Assembly: GCA_963782055.1 (NCBI GenBank)
Contig: CAWAIF010000003.1
Span: 3,040,001 to 3,104,000, forward strand
Source of the DNA: an uncultured delta proteobacterium
Lineage (GTDB): Bacteria > Myxococcota_A > Polyangia > Polyangiales > Polyangiaceae
Length of the DNA stretch: 64,000 bases
Direction: 5' to 3'
The translations under genes were made by a program, and so were the position numbers. Below, piece after piece: positions 47,295 to 61,800 of the stretch. Below the pieces are notes generated by a model that saw nothing but the letters and a program-made list of their open reading frames with translations, was not told the DNA's origin and searched no databases. Each line of letters opens with the position of its first letter. Within the stretch, counting starts at the first letter, position 1.

Positions 47295-47827
47295 TCGAGC
47301 TCCGCCTCCACCCGCATGCCGGGCAGCACGCGCGCGCCCCTGGCGTCGTCCACGCCGTCGATCGCGAAGCTGCTCGTCGTGCCGTCGCCGTCCAGATCCC
47401 CGTGCGCGTGCGCCGAGAAGTGAGCCTGCGTGGCGTCGTGGCTCGCGTCCAGCTCGAAGGAGAAGGCGTGGGGTACGCCGTCCGGTGCAGGCTTGAACCC
47501 GAGCGCCTTCCATGTCGGGTGTTCCCAGAGCGCCGGCGGGTCCGCCACCGGCTTGCCACGCGGCGGCACGGCGGGAGTGAGCGGGGCGGAGCCTGGGAAC
47601 GCCTCGTTCGGCCCCTTGCCCTGCGCGCCCGCGACCGCGGCCTCCCCGATGCGCTTCAGGCCATCCACCGGCTCCGAGAGTCGCGACGCGTGCAGGTTGC
47701 GCACGAAGGCGGGCACCGAGACCGCCAGCAGCGAGCCCACGAGGGCGAAGCCGATGGCCGCCTCCAGCGCCGTCAGGCCTCGCTGCCGGCCGCGCCGGCG
47801 CAGGACGACGATGCGCGCCCTCCGCAT
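47291..47827 (-). CDS. Type IV pilin-like protein (minor)
   Basis: Class III signal RG|LTALE plus hydrophobic helix; AHGDLDGDG motif. Confidence 0.8.
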   Translation of the reverse strand: MRRARIVVLRRRGRQRGLTALEAAIGFALVGSLLAVSVPAFVRNLHASRLSEPVDGLKRIGEAAVAGAQGKGPNEAFPGSAPLTPAVPPRGKPVADPPALWEHPTWKALGFKPAPDGVPHAFSFELDASHDATQAHFSAHAHGDLDGDGTTSSFAIDGVDDARGARVLPGMRVEAELE

Positions 47828-48381
47828 CACTCCTCCGGGTCGATGCGCTCGATCGCCGGGTCCACCTTCGCGGTGAGGGTGGAGTCCGCCGAAACGTGCG
47901 CGCGGAAGGTCGACGTCCTGCCGTTTCCGTCCAGATCGCCGTGGGCCTCGGCCGTGCCCTGCGCGGACGGCCCGCTCCCGCGCGACTCGAACGAGTAAGC
48001 GTAGTACTGCGGCGTGGAGATGGAGAAGCGCATGTCCAGCCACGGAGAGACCGACCAGTCCGCCACGGCGCTCTGGTAACGCTTCCCCCGCACGTCGGTG
48101 AGGTCCGCGGGGACGCTCGCGCGCGAGGACGGCGGGAAGTGCCGCATCGCCTTGGCGGCGTCCGGCTTGGTGCCCGCCGGCTGCAGGCTGTCCGACTCGT
48201 CGTAGTAGACGGCGGCGGCCTGCGCGATGCCCGTCGTCGAGCCCACCGCCTCCGCCGTCTTGCTGTGGCGTACGTAGCGGGCCAGCCCGTACATCGCGAG
48301 CGCCGCGAGCAGGGCGGTGAGGCCGATAAGGTTCATCAGCTCGAGCATGCTGAAGCCTCGCGCGCGGGAGAGCGCGGGCAT
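47827..48381 (-). CDS. Type IV pilin-like protein (minor)
   Basis: RG|FSMLE; SKTAEA; PQYYAY; AHGDLDGNG; ends DPEE. Confidence 0.85.
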   Translation of the reverse strand: MPALSRARGFSMLELMNLIGLTALLAALAMYGLARYVRHSKTAEAVGSTTGIAQAAAVYYDESDSLQPAGTKPDAAKAMRHFPPSSRASVPADLTDVRGKRYQSAVADWSVSPWLDMRFSISTPQYYAYSFESRGSGPSAQGTAEAHGDLDGNGRTSTFRAHVSADSTLTAKVDPAIERIDPEE

Positions 48382-48478
48382 GTTAGGACGGTACGCAGGC
48401 GCCGGCACGGAAGCCACGAAGCTACCATAGCGCGGGCCCCCGTCGCCAAGAAGCGCGGCCAGGCCCGCGCCGAGCCCG

Positions 48479-50683
<2,205 letters not shown>

Positions 50684-50705
50684 TCGGCGACGGGCGAGCG
50701 CGATC

Positions 50706-52334
50706 TCACGGGGCGGCCGGGGGGGCGGGGGCGTGGCGCGCCTTGTCCAGCGTCCTTCGCGCCTGCGCGACCTCCGGCGACGATGCGAGCTCCGGGCCCC
50801 AGTCGTCCAGCGCGGCCTGGACGGCGTCCAGATCGCCCGCGGCGAAGAGCGCCGCGAGGTAGGTCCGCCGCGTCGCCGGGTCCGCGAGGTGCTCGTAGGT
50901 GTAGCTGCGCAGGTAGGGGATCGCCTCCTTCGTCTTGCCCTTGCGCAGCAGGCAGGACGCGATGCACCCGTCGGCGCGCCCGGAGGAGGGGAGCTGGTCC
51001 TTGTAGGCCTTGCACAGCGGGTAGGCGTGCTCCACGTCGCCGATGGTGAGCAGCCGGGAGCCCTCCGCGAACTTGGACTGCGGGTCCTCGGGGCGGTCCA
51101 GATACATCTGCCGCTGCAGCGTCGGCTCGTTCACCCAGGTGGCCACGCGCGCCCAGCACGCGGGCGTCGCCACCGCGGCGAAGGCGAGGGGCAGCGATGG
51201 CAGGAAGCGCAGCAGCGGGCTGGGGTCGGAGCGCGCGCCGGCGAGCGACCGGTACGCCGCCTCGGCGAGCGGCGCGCCCAGCAGCGCCGCCGCGAGGACG
51301 GCGCCGTAGGCGTAGCGGTCGGAGACGAAGTCGAAGCGCAGCGCGACCGGGGCGTGCACCGCGGCGGTCCCCCAGAAGAGGGCGAGCGCGCCCAGCGCGA
51401 GCCCGCGGCGGGCGGCGAGCTTGCCGCGCAGCGCGCGCAGCACGAGCACCGGGCTGGCCACCAGCAGCAGGAAGGACAGGACGATGCCCGGCACCGAGAC
51501 GTGCGGCAGGGTGAGGTCGACCACCAGATCGGTGGGGGCCACCACGTCCTTGAGGAGCCGGAAGGTCATGCCCGCGAAGGCCTCCGCCCAGTGGTCACTG
51601 CTCCCCCCGTGGGAGGGCATGGAGAGTCCCACGCCGACCAGCTTGCGCACGAGGAAGACGAGCGCCGCCGCCCCCACGGCGGCCCCGGCGACGAGGCCCG
51701 CCTTGCGCCTGTCGAGGCGACCGTCCGCGGGGCGCAGCGCGGCGACGAGCACCAGCGCGGGCGCCGCGATGACGAAGGCCTCGCGGGAGAAGACGGACAG
51801 GGTGATGCCCGCCAGCGCGGCGCCCATCACGGCGGGCGCCGTCTCCAAGCGACGCACCAGGCGCCAGGCCCCGAGCAGCAGCAGCCACCCCAGCATGTCC
51901 TGCCGTCCGCCGACATACGCCACGATGTCCGCCGTCGCCGGGTGCACGGCGAAGAGCGTCGCCGCGCCCACCGCCGCCTTGCGAGGGACGCCTTCGCCGA
52001 GCAGCACCGCGACGACCAGCGCCGCCACGCCAGCGTGCATCGCCACGTTGAGGGCGTGCTGCGCCGGCGCGCTCGCGTGGAAGAGGTGCCAGGAGACCCA
52101 GTAGAGCAGCGAGGAGAGCGGCCGGTAGTAGTCGGTGCGGATGGGCTGCGCCGCCGTGGCGAACAGGCTGTGCTCGAGCATGGCGCCGAGGCCGGCCCCG
52201 GTGCGCACGTAGGGGTTGTGGACGAGCAGGGTGGCGTCATCCAGCACGAAGCCGTTGCGCAGGGAGAGCGCGTGCGCCACCACCGCCGCCGCGACGGGGA
52301 CGAGCCACGCCGGTCGCTCGCGTCTCGCCATCAT
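50706..52334 (-). CDS. TMTC-like GT-C glycosyltransferase with C-terminal TPR-like region
   Basis: NGFVLDD..NP, YYRPL, NVAMH, FAVHP..VAYVGGRQD, SRE, SDRYAY, W.N...L. Confidence 0.75.
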   Translation of the reverse strand: MMARRERPAWLVPVAAAVVAHALSLRNGFVLDDATLLVHNPYVRTGAGLGAMLEHSLFATAAQPIRTDYYRPLSSLLYWVSWHLFHASAPAQHALNVAMHAGVAALVVAVLLGEGVPRKAAVGAATLFAVHPATADIVAYVGGRQDMLGWLLLLGAWRLVRRLETAPAVMGAALAGITLSVFSREAFVIAAPALVLVAALRPADGRLDRRKAGLVAGAAVGAAALVFLVRKLVGVGLSMPSHGGSSDHWAEAFAGMTFRLLKDVVAPTDLVVDLTLPHVSVPGIVLSFLLLVASPVLVLRALRGKLAARRGLALGALALFWGTAAVHAPVALRFDFVSDRYAYGAVLAAALLGAPLAEAAYRSLAGARSDPSPLLRFLPSLPLAFAAVATPACWARVATWVNEPTLQRQMYLDRPEDPQSKFAEGSRLLTIGDVEHAYPLCKAYKDQLPSSGRADGCIASCLLRKGKTKEAIPYLRSYTYEHLADPATRRTYLAALFAAGDLDAVQAALDDWGPELASSPEVAQARRTLDKARHAPAPPAAP

Positions 52335-54145
52335 CGCACCTGTGCCGCGGGCCACGCGGCGCCCGGGTCGAAGGGGACGAGCGCGAACTGTCGCTCGCCT
52401 GTCGTGACGAAGTGCCGGTAATCCATCCGCAAGACCAGGCTGGAGGTGGCGTGGAGGTGCGCCATCGCCGCGTCGTACTCCGCGCGGCTCTCCGGGAAGA
52501 AGAGGTGGGCGGTGCCGCCGCCGCTGGGGATCTCGTACGGGTAGCCGTAGCCCCAGCCGGCCGCGCCGCGCGCGCGGATCGACGGGACCACCACCGCCGC
52601 GTCACCGGTGCCGGCCTGCGCGATGAAGTCCCACGGCGCCTGGATGGCGGCGGCGAGATCGGTCAGCCGCGCCAGTCGCAGCGGCGTGACGGTGACCGCG
52701 CCGATGGCCACGAAGGCGACGAGCCCCCACTGCAGCCGCTCCTGCGCGCCCGGCCCCATGCCGCCGCAGATCGTCCACGCGCGGTGCAGGCCGCGCACCG
52801 CGAGCGGGATCAAGACGGGGACCAGGACGAAGGCGTAGGTCGGCCCGAAATCCCACGTCCCCGGCGCCGGGACCAGGACGTACGCGACGACGAAGCCGGC
52901 GAAGCACGCGCGGAGCAGCGCATCCCCCGGGGTGGCGTCGCGGCGCAACAGGCCGGCTGCGACGAGCGCGATCCCCCCGGGCAGACCCCAGAGCCACCCG
53001 TCGCAGCGCACGAGCATCGTCGCCTCGATCGCCGCGGCCTGCGCCGCCGTGTGGACGTAGGGGCCGTTGAACGACCGCTGGAAGCCCAGCCGGATGGGGT
53101 TGGGGTCCAGCGCGTAGCCGGTCTTCCAGAAGGAGCCGGTGAGGGCGTGGTCGTACCACGGCACCATCCACGCGACCGCAGCGAAGCCCGCGGCTGCCAG
53201 ACCGATCGCCGCCCATGGCACGCGCCGTCGCCACGCCTGGGCGACGAGCCAGAGCCCCGCAGGCGCGCCCAGCGCCACCGCGTCGTACGGCCGCGTGACG
53301 AAGAGCAGGCCCAGCGCCAGGCCGGCGAAGACGGTAGGGCGCGCCCGCCCGGTCCGCGCCGTCCGCGCCAGGGCCGCGAGCATCCCGGCGAACGCCGCCG
53401 CCGCAGTGCCGAACGCCAGCAATGACGCGTCGACGCACCAGACGAAGGGCGAGAGCGCGGTGAGGCACGCCGCCAGCTCGGCCTGCCGCCGGCCGAACGC
53501 GTCGCGCGTGAAGGACCAGACGGCGAGCACCGTCGCGCCGGCGAGCAGCGGGTGCACGACGTACGGCACCCCCGCGAGCACCCCGAGCGCGAGCACCGCG
53601 GCGTTGCCCGGGAAGTACTTACTGGCCAGCAGCGGGTGCACGATGAACATCTGGTTGCGGAAGGCGGCGGGCAGCCCGGGCTCGCTCACCTTGCCCGCGG
53701 CGAAGAGGTGCGCCTGGAAGAGGTACGCGCGCTCGTCGTCCAGGATGGCGGCCTTCTGGACGAGCGCGTAGGCGACGAAGGCTGCCAGCGCCACCGCGGC
53801 GGCGGCCGCGAGCACCGGCACCGCGCGCTCGTCCTCGCCCAGCGCCGCCTCCAGCCGGGCGAGCGGCGCCGGGTGCCGCCGGAGCGCCGCGGCGGCCAGC
53901 CAGACCGCGGGGAGCAGGAAGAGCGCGGCCACGAGCATCATCGCCGTCTCGTGCGGCGCGAGGAAGCGCGAGGAGTCCATCGTGCGGGGCGCGTCGATGG
54001 GCCGCATCAGGTACGGCGCGTCGAGGAACCAGCCGCACGCCTTCGCCGCGGCCCAGAAGAGGCCCACCAGCGCGATCGCCGCGCCCACCAGTGTGCGCGC
54101 GCGCAGGGGCGATGGTTCCCTTCGGTCGGCGGCCGGATCGGTCAA
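52331..54145 (-). CDS. GT-C glycosyltransferase (PMT/ArnT-like)
   Basis: TTG at 54145; ILDDERAYLFQA acidic loop motif, SKYFPG, ALSP, TRPYD, LTGSFW; many TM segments. Confidence 0.7.
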   Translation of the reverse strand: MTDPAADRREPSPLRARTLVGAAIALVGLFWAAAKACGWFLDAPYLMRPIDAPRTMDSSRFLAPHETAMMLVAALFLLPAVWLAAAALRRHPAPLARLEAALGEDERAVPVLAAAAAVALAAFVAYALVQKAAILDDERAYLFQAHLFAAGKVSEPGLPAAFRNQMFIVHPLLASKYFPGNAAVLALGVLAGVPYVVHPLLAGATVLAVWSFTRDAFGRRQAELAACLTALSPFVWCVDASLLAFGTAAAAFAGMLAALARTARTGRARPTVFAGLALGLLFVTRPYDAVALGAPAGLWLVAQAWRRRVPWAAIGLAAAGFAAVAWMVPWYDHALTGSFWKTGYALDPNPIRLGFQRSFNGPYVHTAAQAAAIEATMLVRCDGWLWGLPGGIALVAAGLLRRDATPGDALLRACFAGFVVAYVLVPAPGTWDFGPTYAFVLVPVLIPLAVRGLHRAWTICGGMGPGAQERLQWGLVAFVAIGAVTVTPLRLARLTDLAAAIQAPWDFIAQAGTGDAAVVVPSIRARGAAGWGYGYPYEIPSGGGTAHLFFPESRAEYDAAMAHLHATSSLVLRMDYRHFVTTGERQFALVPFDPGAAWPAAQVR

Positions 54146-55833
54146 CGCGGTCCTCCGTCGAGCTTGGCTAGCAGATCCCGCGCGCCGGCGTGGCCCGGAT
54201 CGTCGGCGAGCGCCGCCCGCGCCTCCGCCCGCGCCTCGTCCAGTCGCCCCATGTTCGCCAGGGCGAGCGCCTTCACGTAGTGGCCGTCGGCATAGTGCGG
54301 CTTGTGCTCCAGCGCGTGGTCGGCGTCGTGGAGCGCGGCGGCGTAGTGGCGCTGCACCAGCCGCGTGTAGCCCAGGTTGATCCACGCGCGCGGGTCGTTG
54401 GCGTTCCACGCCAGCGCGGTCTTGCACTCCGTCACCGCGTCGTCGGGGCGGTTCTCGTTCAGGTACACGTAGCAGAGGGCCACGTCCATGCGCCACGGCA
54501 CCGAGGCGTCTGCCTTGGCGCGCAGCAGCTCCGTCTCCGCCTCGCCGTAGCGTCCCTGCTTCGCGCGCAGCTCCCCGAGCAGCAGCCGCGCCCAGTAGCG
54601 CGACGGGTCGCGGGCGAGCTCCGCCTCGTAGAGCCGCTCCGGCGAGCGCCACTCGTCCAGGCGCGCCGCCAGGATGGGCACGAAGGACGCCGCCGCGCTC
54701 ACCGCCGCGACCGAGAGCAGCGCCCGCGCGCGCCGCCCCAGCGCGCTCGCCCCCGCGAAGAGCACCATGAGCAGGCCGATGGACGGAAAGTAGGCGTAGC
54801 GATCGCCGAGCTGGAAGAGGTGGGGCGCGCCGAGCCCGGCGGGCAGCAGCGCCGCGAGCGTCCACAGCCACCCGAGGAGGGCGACGCGACCGAGGGTCCC
54901 CGGCCCGCCGCGCGCGCTCAGCCGCAGCGGGCCGACCCGCCCCCACGCGGCGAGCAGGAGGGTGACCGCGAGGAGGGCGGCGGCGCCGGCGGCCACGACC
55001 CCGGCGGTCGACGGGCGGTAGACGTGAAAGAGGGAGAGCGTCGCCGGGTCCAGCGTGGCGCGCCCCAGGATGCCGACCGTCACCACGTAGCTCCCCACCG
55101 CGCCCCACAGCGTGCTGCCGGCGGTGACGGAGTCGGAGACGACGTGCAGCACGCGCCGCACGCCGAAGTAGAGCGCCGTGGTCACGACGAGCGCGGCGTA
55201 CTTGGTGAGCATGTCGGCGGAGCGCCGGCGCAGCACCAGCACGTCGTCCAGGAAGAGGAGCGCCGGCACCATCAGGTACGGCTCCTTGCACAGGATGGCG
55301 CCCGCGTAGGAGAGCACCACCAGCCCCACGCGCCCTTGCCGCCGGTTGGCCAGCAGGGCACACACCGCGAGGAGGGTGCCGAGCAGATCGAAGCGGCCGA
55401 CGATCCAGACCACCGCCTCCGAGTTGACCGGGAGCAGGGCGAAGACCAGCGCGCACGCCCACGGCAGCGCGGAGCGCGCGTGGCCTGCGAGCGAGGAGAG
55501 CCAGCGTCGCACCGCGACGGCGCACGCGGCGTGGAGCAGGATGTTACCCAGGTGGTACGAGGCGGAGGTGTTGCCGCCGATCCAGCGGTTCAGCGCGAGG
55601 GAGATCGCGCCGAGGGGCCGGTAGTACCCGCTCGCCTCGCCCTTGGCCGAGGCCACCCAGAGGTCGGAGGTCGCCAGGTGCCAGAGCCCGCCCGCCGAGG
55701 AGAGGTAGGGGTTGCGCGTGGCGATGAACTCGTCGTCCCACACCGGGGCGGCGTGCAGCGCGTGGGCAAAGGCGGCCACGGTGACCGCCGCCAGCAGCAC
55801 ATCCCCCATCGTCGCCTTGCTCGGTGCACGCAT
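54142..55833 (-). CDS. TMTC-like GT-C glycosyltransferase with TPR repeats
   Basis: VWDD..NP, YYRPL, YHLGNILLH, EAVVWIVGRFD, CKE, GDRYAYFPS, WRSPERLY, TPRs (AWINLG). Confidence 0.8.
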   Translation of the reverse strand: MRAPSKATMGDVLLAAVTVAAFAHALHAAPVWDDEFIATRNPYLSSAGGLWHLATSDLWVASAKGEASGYYRPLGAISLALNRWIGGNTSASYHLGNILLHAACAVAVRRWLSSLAGHARSALPWACALVFALLPVNSEAVVWIVGRFDLLGTLLAVCALLANRRQGRVGLVVLSYAGAILCKEPYLMVPALLFLDDVLVLRRRSADMLTKYAALVVTTALYFGVRRVLHVVSDSVTAGSTLWGAVGSYVVTVGILGRATLDPATLSLFHVYRPSTAGVVAAGAAALLAVTLLLAAWGRVGPLRLSARGGPGTLGRVALLGWLWTLAALLPAGLGAPHLFQLGDRYAYFPSIGLLMVLFAGASALGRRARALLSVAAVSAAASFVPILAARLDEWRSPERLYEAELARDPSRYWARLLLGELRAKQGRYGEAETELLRAKADASVPWRMDVALCYVYLNENRPDDAVTECKTALAWNANDPRAWINLGYTRLVQRHYAAALHDADHALEHKPHYADGHYVKALALANMGRLDEARAEARAALADDPGHAGARDLLAKLDGGPR

Positions 55834-55845
55834 CACGTCACGCAC

Positions 55846-55890
55846 AAAAGCACGACGCGCCGCGGGCCGAAGCCCGCAGCGCGCCGAGTG
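55846..55890 (-). terminator. Hairpin with short U tract downstream of pilA
   Basis: Minus strand gcgcgctgcgggc-TTCG-gcccgcggcgcgt then cgtgcttttg. Confidence 0.65.
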
Positions 55891-55914
55891 GTGTACTTCG
55901 CAGAGCGAGCGCGC

Positions 55915-56499
55915 TCACTCCTCCGGGTTGGTCTCCAGGGCCTTCGGGGCCACGACGAGCTGGCCGCTCGTGGCGTCCACGTTGCCGGTCAGCACGAACG
56001 AGGACGTCGTGCCGTTGCCGTCCAGGTCGCCCTGGGCGATGGCGGAGAAGGTGGTGCCGATCGTCTGAGCGGCGCAGTTGCCGTCGGACTGGTAGTCGTA
56101 CTGGTAGTACTGCGGCTGCTCGATGTTGTACTTCAGGCAGGTCCAGCCGTTGAGCGAGTCGCCGGTGGCCCAGTCGGACGCCGCCGAGGTGTACTTGGAG
56201 CTCTTGGGCACGGTCGCCGGAACGGGGGACGCCGCCTTGCCGCAGAGGCACTCGTTGATCGGCGTGGTGCCGCCGGCCGACACGAAGGAGCCGGACATCT
56301 TCTCGCGCGTGAACGCTTCCTGCGCGTTCTTGGCCATCTGGCCGACGTTGTTCGTGGCCTCCGCCGTCTTCGACGTCTTGAGGTACTTGCTGACGCCGTA
56401 GATGGCGAGCACCGCGAGGATGCCGATGATCGCGACGACGATCATCAGCTCGATGAGCGTGAAGCCTCGCCGTTTCGCGTTACCAAACATTGCGTTCAT
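55915..56499 (-). CDS. pilA: Type IVa pilin, probable major pilin
   Basis: RG|FTLIELMIVVAIIGILAVLAI; strong AAGGAG RBS; followed by terminator; four Cys; AQGDLDGNG. Confidence 0.88.
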   Translation of the reverse strand: MNAMFGNAKRRGFTLIELMIVVAIIGILAVLAIYGVSKYLKTSKTAEATNNVGQMAKNAQEAFTREKMSGSFVSAGGTTPINECLCGKAASPVPATVPKSSKYTSAASDWATGDSLNGWTCLKYNIEQPQYYQYDYQSDGNCAAQTIGTTFSAIAQGDLDGNGTTSSFVLTGNVDATSGQLVVAPKALETNPEE

Positions 56500-56564
56500 C
56501 CTGATCTCCTTTCGAGGTCCACACTCTTCGCGACACATCCCGACACACTCGAGATACGTCACAT

Positions 56565-57122
56565 TCACTCGCCGTCTTTATCGATGAAGATTTCTTTTTG
56601 CCACGAGGTGCCCACCGCGGTGCAGTAGACGCCGTTGCCGTCCATGTCGCCCATCGCCGAGACGACGAACCAGTCGGAGGTCATGTCGCTGGCGGCGGGG
56701 AAGGTGATGGTGCTCACCGGCGGCGCGGGGAGGTTGGCGCCGAGCGGACCGGCCATCGTCGCGTAGCCGAAGCGCACCGGCCCGTTGGCGTGCACCGGGA
56801 GGCGCCTCCACCCCTGCGGGTCCGCGCACCAGGAGCAGTCCGCGCCCCAGCCGGTGGCGATGCCGGGGTCGGCGTTGGCGCGCGGGTACAGGTTGCCGAG
56901 GCCGAGGCCGTTGGAGATGTTGGCGTACTGGCCCGTCTCGGCGTGGTACGTCTCCTGGGCGACCTTGATCGAGTTGATCATCTCGGTGGCTTCGGCGGTG
57001 TGGGACGAGGTAACCAGCTTGCGGTAACCGACGACCGCGAGGAACGCGAGGATCGCGATGATGGTCACCACGACCATGAGCTCCACCAGGGTGAAGCCGC
57101 GATCCGCTCGACTGCGTGTCAT
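56565..57122 (-). CDS. Type IV pilin
   Basis: RG|FTLVELMVVVTIIAILA; AQETYHAETGQY; AMGDMDGNG; ATG at 57122. Confidence 0.88.
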   Translation of the reverse strand: MTRSRADRGFTLVELMVVVTIIAILAFLAVVGYRKLVTSSHTAEATEMINSIKVAQETYHAETGQYANISNGLGLGNLYPRANADPGIATGWGADCSWCADPQGWRRLPVHANGPVRFGYATMAGPLGANLPAPPVSTITFPAASDMTSDWFVVSAMGDMDGNGVYCTAVGTSWQKEIFIDKDGE

Positions 57123-57135
57123 CGGTCGAGGCACA

Positions 57136-57151
57136 TGCAGCGGTCGTGCCA
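57136..57151 (-). promoter_or_regulatory. Sigma54 promoter of the pilin genes
   Basis: TGGCACGACCGCTGCA, near-consensus -24/-12. Confidence 0.85.
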
Positions 57152-57204
57152 GAGGCATCTTCCCCCGGATTTCGCGGCAGGTTGGGGCTCCGAGGGGCTC
57201 CGAC

Positions 57205-57241
57205 TGACAATTTCCGTCACCCCGCCCAACAAAGATCGTCA
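57205..57241. promoter_or_regulatory. Putative PilR enhancer sites
   Basis: TGAC-N7-GTCA (57205-57219) and a degenerate CAAC-N7-GTCA 22 bp away (57227-57241), about 80-115 bp upstream of the sigma54 start. Confidence 0.5.
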
Positions 57242-57250
57242 CTCGCCGCA

Positions 57251-58735
<1,485 letters not shown>

Positions 58736-58870
58736 CGTCTCAGACTAGCGCCCTGGCGCCGGCGGGGAAAAGCTTTCCTCGGGGGAGCGGGGCACGGTCG
58801 AGGCCGGCGTTTTGCCAGGCCTCAGCTTCCAGATCGAGCGGGGAGGCGGCTTGTGCCGCCGGGAGGTCTT

Positions 58871-61800
58871 CTAGTCCAGGTGGACGATGACGTTCTTGTT
58901 CTCGCCGGCGCCCACGCTGACGTGGACCACCTTCTTCAGGCTCTTGCCGGGGTTGATGAAGATGAGGGTGTGCGACCCGGCCGAGACGGACACGTTCTTC
59001 TTGGGCACCGCGCCGAGCGGCTTGCCGTCCAGCACCACGACCGTACCGCCCATCGGCAGGGCGTTGATGACCGCGAGCTTGGCGCCGCCCGAGGGGGTGA
59101 CGTGGGTCGTCGTGGTGTGGGTGGTCGTGGTGTGGGTCGTGTGGGTGGTCGTCGGGTGGTACGTGGGGGCGGCGCCCTTCGCCTGCAGCTCGACGTTGAA
59201 CACCTTCTCTGCCTGCCCGTCGTCGAAGCTGATGGGCAGCTTGGCTTCCTCGTAGCCGAACTTGGAGGCCTCGATCGTCCAGGTCGCCTTGCTGGTGTCG
59301 ATGTCCACCGAGATCGGGAAGGTGGTGACGTTGCGGCGATCGCCGGTGGAGGACACCAGCGTCACCTTCGCCCCGGGCGTGCCGAGGGTGATCGTCGCCT
59401 TGCCGATGAGCACCTTGAGGGTGACGCTGTCGAGGTCGGTGACCTCGCCCTCCTTCACCGTCACCGTCTTCTCGAGCGGCTCGTAGCGCTGGACCTCCTT
59501 GTGGGTCTTGGCGTCCACCTCCGGCTTGCCGACGAACTTCAGCTGGTGGTCGCCCGGTTTGAGATCGTGCAGCTCCTGCGGGAGGCTGCCGACATCGCTG
59601 CCGTCCACCAGCAGCTTCACGCCGGGCTGCGTGCCGGTCACCTTGAACCCGGTGCCGGCGGCCGCGCCGCCGGAGAGGGCGAAGTCGATCTGCGCGGTCT
59701 TGCCCGACTCCACGGCGATGAGCTTCGGCGCGGGGGTGTCGTAGCCCTTCGCCGTGACCTTCACCTCGTGGGAGCCCGTCTTCACCTTGGTCACCGAGCA
59801 CGGGGCGTGATCGCACACTGTCTTGCCGTCGACGGTGACCTCCAGCGAGCTCACCGCGCCGCCCTTCGAGTCGGCGACGTTGATGGCGATGTTGCCGGTG
59901 TGCGGCATGAGGAACATGTACCCGCCCACGGCGCCGGCGATGACGAGCACCGCCACGAAGAGGCCGATGATGAGGCCGGCCTTGCTGGAGCTCGGCGGGC
60001 GCACCAGCGCCGTCGCCTCCATCGTGCGGGGGGCCTGCTGCATCATCTGCTGCATCTGCGGCTGCTGCATGCCCTGCTGCATCTGCGGCTGCTGCATCTG
60101 CTGCTGCATGCCCTGCTGCGGCATGCCCTGCGCAGGCTGCGTCATCTGGAAGGCGGCGCCCGGTGGGGGCGGCGGCGCCGCCGACGGCGGCCGCGGCGGC
60201 ATCTGCAGCGGCTCGGTGTGGACCTGGCCGGCGAGGTTGCCGACGGGCGGCGCCTGGCCGAGCGGCATCGTCATCCCGTGTGGGTTGATGAGCGGACGCG
60301 GGTCGATCGTGGGCGGGGGCGGCGCCATCGCGCCGGCCGGCGCGGAGGACGCGCGGGCGAAGGCGCTGCCGACCGACGAGGCCGGCGGCGGCGGGGGCAT
60401 CGCGCCGGGCGGCGGGGGCGGCGGCGCGTTCATGGCCATCGTGCGCTGGAAGCCCATGTTGTTGCCGGGGGGCGGGGGCGGCGGCGCGGACTTGTTGAGG
60501 AGGGGCGCGGTGGCCGGCGGCGGGGGCACGGCGCGGGCGCCGGCCGCGGGACGGCCGGCGGCGGGGGCAGGCGCGGGCCCGGCGTGGGAGCCCTCGCTGT
60601 CCTTGTCGAAGATGTGGGTCGCCTCGTCGTCGTCGTCCCAGTCCATGTCCATGCCGCCGCTCGGCGCGGCGGCGTACGGGGCGGGACGTGTGGAGGCGGG
60701 GGGAGGAGCGCTCTTGCTGGGCGGCGGCGCGACGGCGGGCAGGGACCCACGGCCGGCGCCGGGCGGACCGGACCGCGGGGGCGGCACGACGGGCGGGTGG
60801 CCGATGCCGGTCTGCGGCGCAGCGATGCCGAGGAGGGTCTTCTTTCCGAGATCTCCGCTCGTGGGGGGCGGCGGCGGTGCGCCGCGCGAACCCGGAGGCG
60901 GCGGCACGCGTGAAGGTGCGGGCGGGCCGGCAGAAGGACTCTTCTTTCCGAGCCCCTCGAAGATGTCGAGGTCCGAGCCCTTGTTATCAGCAGCCATCGG
61001 TGTCTCCTGCCCTCTTGGGGGCGCCCCTGCGTTATAGCTCATGCCGGCGCCGGAAGCGCGAGAAGCTTGTACGGATCCCGGGGCTTGCGGTTGCCCTCGG
61101 GGTACCTGAGGTGTGGGCCTCGGACCGGAGTGCGAGCCCGGGTCCAGCCCGGTCTTGTCCGCGGCCTCCGCAAAAGCGCGACGCATGTATGCGGCGACCT
61201 CTTCCCGTGCGGCCACCGCCGAGGCGCTCTCGGCGAGGGCGTTGAGATCGCGGTAAAGCTCCTTCGCCGACCGGTAGCGGCCGTCCAGGTCCTTGGAGAG
61301 CGCCTTAAGCACGATGCGGTCGAGCTCGGGCGGCACGGAGGCGTCGAGCGACGACGGCGGCGGGATCTTCAGGTTGCGGATCTTCTCCAGGACGAGGATC
61401 TCGTTCTCGGCGGCGAAGAGGCGCTGCAGCGTGAGCAGCTCCCACATGCTGATGCCGAGGGAGAAGATGTCGGTGCGCTGATCCACCTCCATCCCGCGAA
61501 CCTGCTCGGGGCTCATGTACCCGAACTTGCCCTTGATGGTGCCGACGGCGGTGCGGCTCAACTTCCCGGCGGCCTTGGCGATGCCGAAGTCGATCAGCTT
61601 CACGTCGCCGTCGAACGACACGACGATGTTCTGCGGGCTCACGTCGCGGTGCACGATGGAGACCGGCGCGCCGCTGGCGTCTCTCCGGGCGTGCGCGTAG
61701 GAGAGCCCCTCCCCGATGCGCGCGAAGACGTAGAGCAGGAAGGACAGGGGGATGCGCTCCTTCAGCCGCACCGCGCGCTCGTAGATGGCGCGCATGTCCT

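Noticed and set aside
56599..56615. Second sigma54 promoter for pilA inside the upstream pilin gene
   Set aside because: GG-N10-GC spacing is present but the match to TGGCAC/TTGC is poor and explained by coding sequence
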